Source: a virus. Taken from it: a stretch of 37,783 bases of DNA. Below the pieces are notes generated by a model, which ran no database searches, had not been told where the DNA came from, and saw only the letters and a program-made list of their open reading frames with translations. A program made the position numbers and the translations under genes. Shown piece by piece: positions 7,424-14,843 of the stretch (position 1 is the stretch's first letter; the number at the start of each line of letters is the position of its first letter). The stretch is from the IMG/VR virus record IMGVR_UViG_3300019124_000018, positions 1 through 37,783 of that record. One strand, given 5' to 3'.

Positions 7424-7700
7424 GTCCGGCCAGCTCGGCGGCGCGGGCGATCAGCAGGGCGTCGGTGCCGCCGCCATGACGGCGGCGGGGCTCCGGCGGC
7501 GGGGTGTCCTCGTTGGCCGGGGCGCGGAAGCGGTGTCCCTTGATGTAGAGCCGCACCGCGTCCTCGTCATAGCCGCGGGTGCCCTCGACCGGCCGGGGGA
7601 AACCCTTCTTCTCCAGGCCGGGACGCTTGCGGTAGAAGGTCCGCACGTCATAGCCGAGGATGGTGGCGACCTGTTCGGCGGTCAGCAGGGGCTTCAGCAT
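7413..7700 (-). CDS. Small HTH DNA-binding protein (AlpA/Xis-like excisionase candidate)
   Basis: LTAEQVATILGYDVRTFYRKR HTH-like segment. Size and position are typical of phage Xis/AlpA. Confidence 0.6.
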   Translation of the reverse strand: MLKPLLTAEQVATILGYDVRTFYRKRPGLEKKGFPRPVEGTRGYDEDAVRLYIKGHRFRAPANEDTPPPEPRRRHGGGTDALLIARAAELAGRAP

Positions 7701-8077
7701 GCCGCCGCTCCCCCGGCCCGCCGGCCGGTGCGCCGGGTGGCGCCGTCGATGATCAGCGCCGCCACGGCGGCCGAGCGCTCGTCCAGGTCCGCTGCCAGGA
7801 AGAACTCCACCTCCTCAAGCGCCGGCAGGGCCGGGCGGTGGAGCAGCCGGAGGCTGCGGTGGGTGCCGGAGGTCCAATCGACCCAGCCACGCTCGCGCAG
7901 GCCGACCAGCAGCTTGTGGATGTTGGAGGGGGTCAGCTCGATCTCGGCGCCCAGGTCGCGCAGGGACGGCGCCGGCGCGCCGTCGGCTATCAGTTCGGCC
8001 ATGATGCACAGCAGCTCGTGTTGGCGCGGCGTCGGTGGCAGGGGCGGGCAGGGTGGCGTAAACGGCAATCCGGTCAT
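7694..8077 (-). CDS. Winged-helix protein resembling the LexA N-terminal DNA-binding domain, with no peptidase domain
   Basis: TPRQHELLCIMAELIADGAPAPSLRDLGAEIELTPSNIHKLLVGLRERGWV. First gene of the leftward operon. ACGGAG upstream. Confidence 0.55.
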   Translation of the reverse strand: MTGLPFTPPCPPLPPTPRQHELLCIMAELIADGAPAPSLRDLGAEIELTPSNIHKLLVGLRERGWVDWTSGTHRSLRLLHRPALPALEEVEFFLAADLDERSAAVAALIIDGATRRTGRRAGGAAAC

Positions 8078-8102
8078 CGCGCGCTCCGTCGAATGAGGAG
8101 GC

Positions 8103-8135
8103 GCCCCGGTGCAGCGAATGCCCGCGCACCGGGGC
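8103..8135 (-). promoter_or_regulatory. 10-bp stem hairpin in the leader of the leftward operon
   Basis: GCCCCGGTGC (8103-8112) pairs with GCACCGGGGC (8126-8135), with a 13-nt loop. No U-run follows. Confidence 0.4.
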
Positions 8136-8217
8136 TGAGTTCAGGGAGCCGGGGAGGAAACGGGAGCCGGTGCCCTGGTCCGCTGACGCCTCGGATGCGT
8201 CGTGCTGACGAACAAAC

Positions 8218-8250
8218 CCTACAAACACGTCTGTAACCTGTCAACAGGTT
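8218..8250 (-). promoter_or_regulatory. Leftward early promoter/operator candidate (PL-like)
   Basis: Minus-strand TTGACA (8244-8239), 15-nt spacer, TGTAGG (8223-8218). The 7-2-7 palindrome AACCTGT-CA-ACAGGTT (8235-8250) overlaps the -35. 23 of 30 aligned columns match the PR region in inverted orientation. Confidence 0.5.
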
Positions 8251-8384
8251 TCCTTGTAGTCTTCTCCAACCTTGATTGTAGATGCCGCTTGGGCCCGCGC
8301 CTGCTCAGGCGCGACGCCGCATGGCGGCGATGCTGGGCGCCCAAGCCAGCACCCTCTTGCAATCGACTGCCGAATGAGAACATA

Positions 8385-8400
8385 GTAGGAACATTCCTAC
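8385..8400. promoter_or_regulatory. 7-2-7 palindrome GTAGGAA-CA-TTCCTAC, operator-like
   Basis: Perfect inverted repeat. TTGCAA (8357-8362), an 18-nt spacer, and CATAGT (8381-8386) could form a promoter for the 8567 gene. Confidence 0.35.
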
Positions 8401-8566
8401 GGGATGGCGACCCGCGGGAGGTGCGAAAATAGCCACAATTTGCTCGTAACTGCATACAGTTGAAGGTCGCACAAGCGGACGCTAATGTGCCTCCGAGGTA
8501 CTGCGCAGGGGGTAATGCCAAGCGCGGGAGGGGCTGCCGCGTTTCACCAGAGATGAGGCGGTGATC

Positions 8567-8902
8567 ATGGGAGATGGTGCAATAGGTCGGCTGGAAGCAT
8601 GGATCGGGCAGCCCGCCAGCCGCTCGGCTACGGTGACGGTTGCCGGCCGCGAGGTTAAGGCCGTGGTAGTTGCCGGCCTGACTGGAATGGTGCTGGGGCC
8701 CGACTTCATGGGGCGCGTCGGCTTCAGCCCGCGCTCATACCGGCTCCGTGGCCGGAAGGCTTTTGGCGGGTTTGCCGAGATCAGTGTGAATGGCGTGCGC
8801 CGCCCGCCCATGCGGGTTTATGTCGTGCCGTCACTGGAGGTGGAGGCGCTGATAGGGGAGGGTATGGCTACCCCTCAGACCGCGCCTTCTCAAGCCGGAT
8901 AG
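8567..8902 (+). CDS. Hypothetical accessory protein (111 aa) next to the repressor gene
   Basis: GAGG 8 nt upstream of the ATG at 8567. Coding-like but with lower third-position GC than its neighbours. The 3' end overlaps the cI-like gene 3' end by 35 nt. VVVAGLTGMVLG...ALIGEG gives only a faint retropepsin-like pattern. Confidence 0.5.
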   Translation: MGDGAIGRLEAWIGQPASRSATVTVAGREVKAVVVAGLTGMVLGPDFMGRVGFSPRSYRLRGRKAFGGFAEISVNGVRRPPMRVYVVPSLEVEALIGEGMATPQTAPSQAG

Positions 8903-9296
8903 TAGCGACGATGTGTTCGCCAAGGGCGGCTGCCAGATCGTAGCGGCCTTCTTCCACGGCTTTCCGCAGCTCCTCGAAATGATCGTCGAGGGTGGTCAGC
9001 AGGTCCATCTCGTCTGCAAGCCAGCCCTGCCCGGTCGGCGGAGCACCAGGCGTGGCTACTGTCGGCATCTCACCGACGCCATCTGTCAGCCAGAGTACCG
9101 GCACCCCCAACACCGTCGCCATTTTGGCGGCGTGCTTCGATCCGCGCACCGGCTTGCCGGTCTTGCTCTCGATCGCCTGGATGCTCTGTTGGGAAATTCC
9201 TACGGCACGCGCGAGGTCTGACTGGCTGAAGGTCCGCCCCAAGGCGTCACTCGCCAGCTTCCTCGCGTAGACCAGTCGCTCGCCGAACGTTTCCAT
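8868..9296 (-). CDS. cI-like XRE-family HTH repressor (142 aa) without an S24 peptidase domain
   Basis: SQSDLARAVGISQQSIQAIESKTGK HTH. Divergent from the cro-like gene. Start taken at METFGERL. The longer ORF-track N-terminus would cover the promoter region. Confidence 0.8.
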   Translation of the reverse strand: METFGERLVYARKLASDALGRTFSQSDLARAVGISQQSIQAIESKTGKPVRGSKHAAKMATVLGVPVLWLTDGVGEMPTVATPGAPPTGQGWLADEMDLLTTLDDHFEELRKAVEEGRYDLAAALGEHIVATIRLEKARSEG

Positions 9297-9346
9297 GGAT
9301 TGCAAGCTACAAGGTTCTCTGTGGCCCCGCCCTACATATGTGCTTG

Positions 9347-9374
9347 TTGACACGGCTACAGGATTGTTTGTAAT
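9347..9374 (+). promoter_or_regulatory. Rightward early promoter (PR-like)
   Basis: TTGACA (9347-9352), 16-nt spacer, TGTAAT (9369-9374). The ATG of the cro-like gene at 9384 implies a 2-3 nt leader. Confidence 0.6.
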
Positions 9375-9383
9375 CTGTCTGTC

Positions 9384-9599
9384 ATGCAGAACGAACCCCT
9401 CATTCGCGCCATCCAACTGTGCGGCGGTCAATCCGGCCTCGCCCGCGCCTCCGGCTATACCCAGGCTCATGTCTGGTACTGGCTGAACAAGGCCAAGCGG
9501 GTGCCGGCCGAAGCGGCGCCGAAGATCGAAGAGGCGACAGGCGGCAAGGTCACTCGGGCGCAGCTTCGCCCCGACCTGTTCGCGCAAGCAACCGAGTAA
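9384..9599 (+). CDS. Cro/YdaS-like HTH regulator (71 aa)
   Basis: GGQSGLARASGYTQAHVWYWLNKAKRVPAE pattern typical of YdaS/Cro-type proteins. Divergent from the repressor. Confidence 0.75.
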   Translation: MQNEPLIRAIQLCGGQSGLARASGYTQAHVWYWLNKAKRVPAEAAPKIEEATGGKVTRAQLRPDLFAQATE

Positions 9600-9674
9600 G
9601 GAAGCGTTGCCATGATGCAAACCATCACCTTGCGCGCCGACGCTTCCTCACTCACTTGCTGCATCGAGGAGCTG

Positions 9675-9881
9675 TCAGCGTTTGCCGAGGCTTCGCTTGA
9701 AGTCCGCCAGCATCTTTTCCGCCTTCTTGATCTCGGAGAGGAACTGGTTGCGGTCAACGGTGACGTTCCCGCCACATCCGCCGCAGGTGAACTTGTCGTT
9801 CGCCTTGAGCCAAGTGATGGTCTTATCGGCCTTCTTGCCGCACTGAGGGCAGGGAATGGCAATGGTTTGTTTATCAAGCAC
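9675..9881 (-). CDS. Zinc-ribbon protein (CPQC...CGGC), 68 aa from GTG 9881; the coding signal in this frame extends to GTG 9947
   Basis: IPCPQCGKKADKTITWLKANDKFTCGGCGG. GAAGAGGG 7 nt upstream of GTG 9881. The antisense 146-aa ORF is rich in rare CTT codons, so the minus strand is preferred. Confidence 0.6.
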   Translation of the reverse strand: MLDKQTIAIPCPQCGKKADKTITWLKANDKFTCGGCGGNVTVDRNQFLSEIKKAEKMLADFKRSLGKR

Positions 9882-9947
9882 AGGGAAGCCCTCTTCGATG
9901 GTGGTGTGAGCGACCCCATCGTAGGTGCAACCGGTACGGGTGTCCAC

Positions 9948-10264
9948 GCGGCGCCCGTGCCGGTTGCCTCTCGCCCCTGCGCCTCGGCCGCCTGCTCCAC
10001 CCCGGCGCTCTGCGCCGCCAGCGGCTGGTGCCGCGTCGCGGCCTCGGAATAGGCGGGGACCGGATGATCCACAACGCCGCCCCAACCGCCGTGCCCGCCC
10101 GCCACGCAAAAAGCACCCAGCTTAGCACGCTCCCATGCTGCCAGTTGGCCGGCCCGGGTCGCCAGCGCGCCTCCGGGGTAACGGCGCTGCCGGAAGGGGA
10201 GAACCTTCCCCGTCCGATTGGGTGGCTCCCGCGTCACGGCCTCTCCTCTGGTCACACTGTTCAT
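9948..10264 (-). pseudogene. Coding-like ORF segment (MNSVTRGEAV...QLAAWERAKLGAF...) with no in-frame stop before the Zn-ribbon frame: possible frame-disrupted N-terminal part
   Basis: About 76% GC3 and a plausible composition for about 105 codons, after which the frame degenerates. The Zn-ribbon frame is -1 relative to it. Confidence 0.3.
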
Positions 10265-10305
10265 AGGCGCAATCAGGGGCTTTCTCGCGTCATGGGAGAA
10301 GTAAA

Positions 10306-10824
10306 TTGAGCGACCGCGAATTCACCCCCCAGGACGTGGGCCTGCGCGCGACGCTGAAGGCGGTGACGCGGCTTCTGGTCGACAAGGTCGGCGGCGGCAA
10401 GGTGGCGGCGCTGGAGACCGGCTGCAGCGAGGCGTCCATCAGCCAGTACGTCACCCACGACAAGGAGCTGACCATCCCGGTCTTCGCGGCGCTGAAGCTG
10501 GAGAAGGCGGCCGGGATGATGGAGCTGACGCGGGCGCTGGCCGAGGCGCATGGCATGGAGCTGCAGCCCACCGGCGTGAAGGGCCTGCCGCCCGCGGCCG
10601 AGGCCATGAGCTGCGTCGTCACCATCAGCGAGCTGAACGGCGCGCTTGCGGCCATGGCGAAGCGCCACGACGCCGACAAGGTGCGCACCCCGCGCGAGGA
10701 GCGCGAGTGGGCCATGGCGCTGATGCAGCTGTCCGTCTCCTGCTCCAACGAGGCCCAGGCCGCGCTGCTGCGCGCCGAAGCCGTCGGCAACGTCCACCCG
10801 CTGCGCCCCGGGGGTGCGGCATGA
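10306..10824 (+). CDS. Putative HTH DNA-binding protein (172 aa, TTG start), first gene of the replication operon
   Basis: GGGAGAAG upstream of the TTG. LETGCSEASISQYVTHDKE is an HTH-like segment. Confidence 0.5.
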   Translation: MSDREFTPQDVGLRATLKAVTRLLVDKVGGGKVAALETGCSEASISQYVTHDKELTIPVFAALKLEKAAGMMELTRALAEAHGMELQPTGVKGLPPAAEAMSCVVTISELNGALAAMAKRHDADKVRTPREEREWAMALMQLSVSCSNEAQAALLRAEAVGNVHPLRPGGAA

Positions 10825-11045
10825 AGGCCGCCGCCACGGAGATCGTCACCAGCGTGCTGGCCTGCACGATTATCGCGCTGATCGTGTATGTCGCTGTGGC
10901 GCTGCTGCTGACCCTCGCGGCGCTCGGTGTGCCGCCGCACCTGGGATACTTCCTGCGCCTGTTCATCGGCATCGGACTGCTCTGCGGCCTCTATGACGGT
11001 GTGCGTCGGGTGGTGCTGGGGATCGAGGACGACCGGCCATGCTGA
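10821..11045 (+). CDS. Small 2-TM membrane protein (74 aa)
   Basis: ATGA overlap with the upstream gene. Two hydrophobic helices. Confidence 0.55.
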   Translation: MKAAATEIVTSVLACTIIALIVYVAVALLLTLAALGVPPHLGYFLRLFIGIGLLCGLYDGVRRVVLGIEDDRPC

Positions 11046-11395
11046 CGCCTCGCCATCGCGCCCTCACCCTGACCGAGCTGGTGCGCTGGGACGGCCGGAC
11101 CTACCTTCTGGGCATTGAGTTCGGCCGCGACGGCCGCCCGCTGGATGTCCGGCTGACCGGGGCCCGCACGGGCGCCGAGATGGAGGCTCTGGCGGACGAC
11201 GCCTGCGCCCTGATCTCCGGGCAGCTGCAGCGGGGCGCCGCTCCGGGCGACCTGGATGGTCGGCTGCATCCGGACGGGGCCGCGCCCGCCTCGCTGATCG
11301 GCGCCGTGGTGCGCCACCTCGCCACCGTGGCGCCCGCCCTGGCCGATCCGGTGCGCCTGGCCTATGCCTGCGCCCACGGCGCGGGGAGGGGCTGA
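11039..11395 (+). CDS. Hypothetical protein (118 aa), possibly TSCPD-like
   Basis: ATGCTGA overlap. The pattern GIEFGRDGRPLDVRL...ALISGQLQRG is a recall-level resemblance only. Confidence 0.45.
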   Translation: MLTPRHRALTLTELVRWDGRTYLLGIEFGRDGRPLDVRLTGARTGAEMEALADDACALISGQLQRGAAPGDLDGRLHPDGAAPASLIGAVVRHLATVAPALADPVRLAYACAHGAGRG

Positions 11396-11745
11396 TGCGC
11401 GCCCTGCCGCCGCCCACCGAGATCCCGCCGGCCACCGCGCTGATGACGGCGGCCAACCTCTACAGCCTGGACCGGGCGGGCCGCGCGGCCGAGCTGGAGC
11501 GCCGGCTGCTGGCCTGCCGCGCCGCCCATCCCGATGCCCCGCCGGCCCTGGCGGAGCTGATGGAGGCGGCCTCCGCCGCGCTGGCGGCGCCGGCCCTGCA
11601 TGGCGGCTGGCTGGCTCTGGCCGCCGTCGACTATGCCCGCTCGCTCACCCGCGCCGCGCGGCGGCCCGCCGGCCCGGCGCTGCGCCTGCCGCGACCGGGC
11701 GAGACGCTGGACGACCCCGAGGCCATGCCGGAGGCCGCCGAATGA
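11395..11745 (+). CDS. Hypothetical Ala-rich protein (116 aa)
   Basis: ORF with TGATG coupling at both ends. Confidence 0.45.
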   Translation: MRALPPPTEIPPATALMTAANLYSLDRAGRAAELERRLLACRAAHPDAPPALAELMEAASAALAAPALHGGWLALAAVDYARSLTRAARRPAGPALRLPRPGETLDDPEAMPEAAE

Positions 11746-12866
11746 ACCGCCACCCGCGCCCGCACCTCCACACGGTGGAGGAGATCGTCGACATGATGCG
11801 CGGCCGCATGCGCGACCTGGTGCAGGCCTGGGGCCTGCAGGGGCGCTATGACGGCAACGACTTCGTCTGCCTGAACCCGCTGCGCGCCGACCGCAAGGCC
11901 GGCAGCTTCCGCGTCTGCGTGCGCGGCAGCCACCAGGGGCTGGTGCGCGACTTCGCCGGCGGGCAGAACTGGTCGCCTCTGTCCTTCACCGCCGACCTGA
12001 TGTTCGGCGGCGACAACGCCCAGGCGCTGCGGTGGGCCCGCGCCTTCCTGGGGCTGGACGGCGCCGACCCCGACAGCTTCCAGCGCACCCAGGCCGCCGT
12101 GCGGCAGCGGGAGGCCGCTCCGCCGCCGGACGAGGAGGCGGAGGCCAAGCGCCGCGCCGCCCATGCCATCTGGCTGGAGGCGCGGGCCGATGTGGCGGGC
12201 ACGCCGGTGGAGCGCTATCTGCGCGGCCGGGCCATCGACCTGCGCCGGCTGATGTTCCCGGTGCGCTCCCTGCGCTTCCATCCGGGCCTGCGCAATGCCG
12301 AGAGCGGCCGCGACTGGCCGGCCATGGTCGCCGCCATCGTCGGCGCCGACGGTCAGTTCCTGTCCGTCCACCGTACCTGGCTGGAGGTGCGGCCGGACGG
12401 CACCGTGCGCAAGGCGCCGCTGGAGCATCCGAAGAAGACGCTCGGCCGCTATGCCGGCGGCACCATCCGGCTGTGGCGCGGCCACACCACCGACAAGCAG
12501 ACGGGCGAGGTGCGGCAGGGCCGCAAGCTCTCCGACCCGAAGTTGGACGGCTGGTGTGACATCACCGAAGGGCTGGAGGACGGGCTGAGCGTCGCGCTCG
12601 CCTGTCCCGACGCCCGGGTGCTGGTCGGCGTGGCGCTCGCCAGCATGGCGGCGATCCGCCTGCCGCCGGGCATCGAGGGCGTGAACCTCTGGCAGCAGAA
12701 CGACCCGCCGGGCAGCCCGGCGGAGAAGGCGTTCGGCCGGGTGGTCGAGAATTTCCACCAACAGGGCAAGCGCGTGCGCCTGTGCCGGCCACCGGCCGGC
12801 TTCAAGGACGCCAACGAGGCGCTGCAGGCGGCCATCGCCGCGGAACAGGGACGGGCGGAAGCATGA
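11742..12866 (+). CDS. Toprim-domain primase-like protein (374 aa)
   Basis: Start at MNRHPRP (ATGA overlap). CLNPLRADRKAGSFRV. Toprim-like ITEGLEDGLSVALA and NDPPGSPAEKA. Confidence 0.7.
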   Translation: MNRHPRPHLHTVEEIVDMMRGRMRDLVQAWGLQGRYDGNDFVCLNPLRADRKAGSFRVCVRGSHQGLVRDFAGGQNWSPLSFTADLMFGGDNAQALRWARAFLGLDGADPDSFQRTQAAVRQREAAPPPDEEAEAKRRAAHAIWLEARADVAGTPVERYLRGRAIDLRRLMFPVRSLRFHPGLRNAESGRDWPAMVAAIVGADGQFLSVHRTWLEVRPDGTVRKAPLEHPKKTLGRYAGGTIRLWRGHTTDKQTGEVRQGRKLSDPKLDGWCDITEGLEDGLSVALACPDARVLVGVALASMAAIRLPPGIEGVNLWQQNDPPGSPAEKAFGRVVENFHQQGKRVRLCRPPAGFKDANEALQAAIAAEQGRAEA

Positions 12867-14785
12867 CGACAGGCGATGGAACCGGGGTGGTCATCGACAT
12901 GCGCCGCCGCGCCGTGGAGGTGCCGCCGCCCGGCCGCGAGGAGGACCGGGGCGGCGGCCCGCCCGACGATCCGCCGGGAGGCGGAGGCGGCGCCAGTGGC
13001 GGCCGTGGCGTGGAGCTGCCCGAGGGCTGCCCGGTGGTGCCGCTCGGCGTCTACGACGACCAGCATTTCTACCTGGACCGGCTCCACCAGCTGCGCGCCC
13101 TGAAGGCCAAGGACCACAGCCGGCTGAACGTCCAGGCGCTGTTCGGCGACCTGACGTCGCTGCTGTACGACTTCTGGCCGCGCCAGAAGCTGGACGAGGT
13201 TACCGGCCAATGGATCGTCACCGGCTGGAAGCCGGAGCTGGCGGCGGAGGCCCTGATGGCCGCCGCCGCCGCCAGGGGCGTGTGGAACCCGCAGGAAAAG
13301 GTGCGCGGCGCCGGCGCCTGGGCGGGCGGCGATGGCGAGCTGATCCTGCATACCGGGCCGAAGCTGCTGCTCGTGCGGCCGGCCAAGAGCGGGCCGGCGC
13401 GGGCGGTGCTGAAGGACCCCGGCCTGCTGGACGGCATGGTCTACCCGACCGCTCCGCACACGCTCACGCCGGCGGCCAAGCCCGACCCGGCGGGGGACGA
13501 GGCCAGCGGCCAGCAGCTGCTGGCGATGCTGCGGACATGGGCCTGGCGCCGCAAGGAGGTGGACCCCTACCTGCTGCTGGGCTGGATCTGCGCGGGCTAT
13601 CTCGGCGGCGCGTTGCCCTGGCGCGCGGTGGCCTGGATCACCGGCGGCTCCGGCGCCGGCAAATCCACCCTGCAGGACGCCATCAAATGGCTGTTCGGCG
13701 AGAACGGGCTGCTGCACACGCCGGACGGCACGGCCGCCGCCATCCGCCAGACGCTGCGCCACGCCTCGCTGCCCGTCGCCCTGGACGAGGCCGAGGCCGA
13801 GGCGGACAACAGGAAGATGCAGGCGCTGATCAAGCTGGCGCGCGACGCCGCCACCGGCTCGATGGCGATCCGCGGCGGCTCGGACCACCAAGTCTCGCAG
13901 TTCATCGTGCGCAGCTGCTTCCTGTTCAGCTCGGTGCTGATCCCGCCGCTGCTGCCGCAGGACCGCAACCGCATGGCGATCCTCTCCCTGGACCCGCTGC
14001 CCAAGGACCAGAAGCCCCCACCCATCACGCGGAAGGCCATGGCCGAGCTGGGCGGGCGGCTGCTGCGGCGGCTGGTCGACAACTGGCCCAGGGCCATGGA
14101 GACGCTTTCCGCCTATCGCGGCGCCATGGCGGCGGCAGGGCACACGGCACGCGGCCAGGACGTGTTCGGCACGATGCTGGCCTGCGCCGACCTGGCGCTG
14201 CACGACGATCCTCCCGACGCCGCGCGCCTGGCCGTCTGGGAGAAGGCCATGGCGGCATCGGTGATGGTGGAGACGGAGAGCGCGGTCAGCGATCCGAACG
14301 CCTGCCTCAACCACCTGCTGTCCACCGTCCAGGAGCAGACCCACGACCGCAAGCGCATGACGATCGGCTACTGGATCGGCCGGGCGGCTGGGCGCTTCGA
14401 TCACGAGATCGGGGAGAAAGGCAAGGTCGAGGCCAACAGCGTGCTGCAGGAATGCGGCCTGAAGCTGGTGACGGAGAATTGCCGCCAGTACCTGGCCGTC
14501 GCCAACATGCACCGGGGCCTGACCCGCATCTTCGAGAACACCCAGTGGGCCGCGCAACCGGGCGCCGACGGCGTCTGGGTGCAGTCGCTGCGGCGGCTGG
14601 AGCATATCGTGCCGAAGAAGCCCTACTGGTTCGGCGTGGCGGCCCGCTGCACGCTGCTGCCGGTGGCGCTCTGCCTGCCGGACGGCACGGCCCCGAAGCC
14701 GGCGGACGATCCACAGCCCAATCCTCCTCCCGAGCCGAGGCCCTATGACGGCTGCAGCGACCCCGACCCGCTGGCGGAGGCGTGA
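12863..14785 (+). CDS. P-loop NTPase, replicative helicase-like (SF3/primase-associated type), 640 aa
   Basis: Walker A GGSGAGKST, Walker B-like VALDEAE. ATGA overlap with the primase-like gene. Gly/Pro-rich N-terminus. Confidence 0.65.
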   Translation: MTTGDGTGVVIDMRRRAVEVPPPGREEDRGGGPPDDPPGGGGGASGGRGVELPEGCPVVPLGVYDDQHFYLDRLHQLRALKAKDHSRLNVQALFGDLTSLLYDFWPRQKLDEVTGQWIVTGWKPELAAEALMAAAAARGVWNPQEKVRGAGAWAGGDGELILHTGPKLLLVRPAKSGPARAVLKDPGLLDGMVYPTAPHTLTPAAKPDPAGDEASGQQLLAMLRTWAWRRKEVDPYLLLGWICAGYLGGALPWRAVAWITGGSGAGKSTLQDAIKWLFGENGLLHTPDGTAAAIRQTLRHASLPVALDEAEAEADNRKMQALIKLARDAATGSMAIRGGSDHQVSQFIVRSCFLFSSVLIPPLLPQDRNRMAILSLDPLPKDQKPPPITRKAMAELGGRLLRRLVDNWPRAMETLSAYRGAMAAAGHTARGQDVFGTMLACADLALHDDPPDAARLAVWEKAMAASVMVETESAVSDPNACLNHLLSTVQEQTHDRKRMTIGYWIGRAAGRFDHEIGEKGKVEANSVLQECGLKLVTENCRQYLAVANMHRGLTRIFENTQWAAQPGADGVWVQSLRRLEHIVPKKPYWFGVAARCTLLPVALCLPDGTAPKPADDPQPNPPPEPRPYDGCSDPDPLAEA

Positions 14786-14843
14786 TGTCGCGCCGGTGCC
14801 GGGCCTTCGCCCGCGACCTTGACCGGGGAGGCCGGGGTTCGGG

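Noticed and set aside
8202-8521. ORFs 8202-8432 (+) and 8219-8521 (-) in the immunity intergenic region
   Set aside because: They have no SD and mixed composition, and they span the palindromes and promoter elements. The region is better treated as regulatory/non-coding.
8219-9376. Invertible DNA switch: inverted ~30-bp repeats flanking the repressor cassette as targets of the serine recombinases
   Set aside because: Each copy contains a full -35/-10 promoter facing outward, which is fully explained by lambdoid PL/PR duplication. Identity is imperfect (23/30) and there is no Hin/Gin-type crossover consensus. Left as a minor alternative only.
9612-10052. 146-aa plus-strand ORF following cro
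   Set aside because: It is rich in CTT/GGT/GAT codons that are rare for this GC content. Its complement encodes a convincing CxxC...CxxC zinc ribbon with AAG/GCC-type preferred codons.
12449-14605. 718-aa ORF on the minus strand, together with similar giants at 17334-19634, 21721-24105, 23915-26110, 28723-30042, 33948-35489 and 11631-12761
   Set aside because: These are antisense to genes with clear family motifs (helicase, TerL, portal, capsid, tape measure, gpJ). Their translations are Arg/Gly/Pro/His-rich low-complexity sequence, typical of stop-free shadow frames in high-GC DNA.
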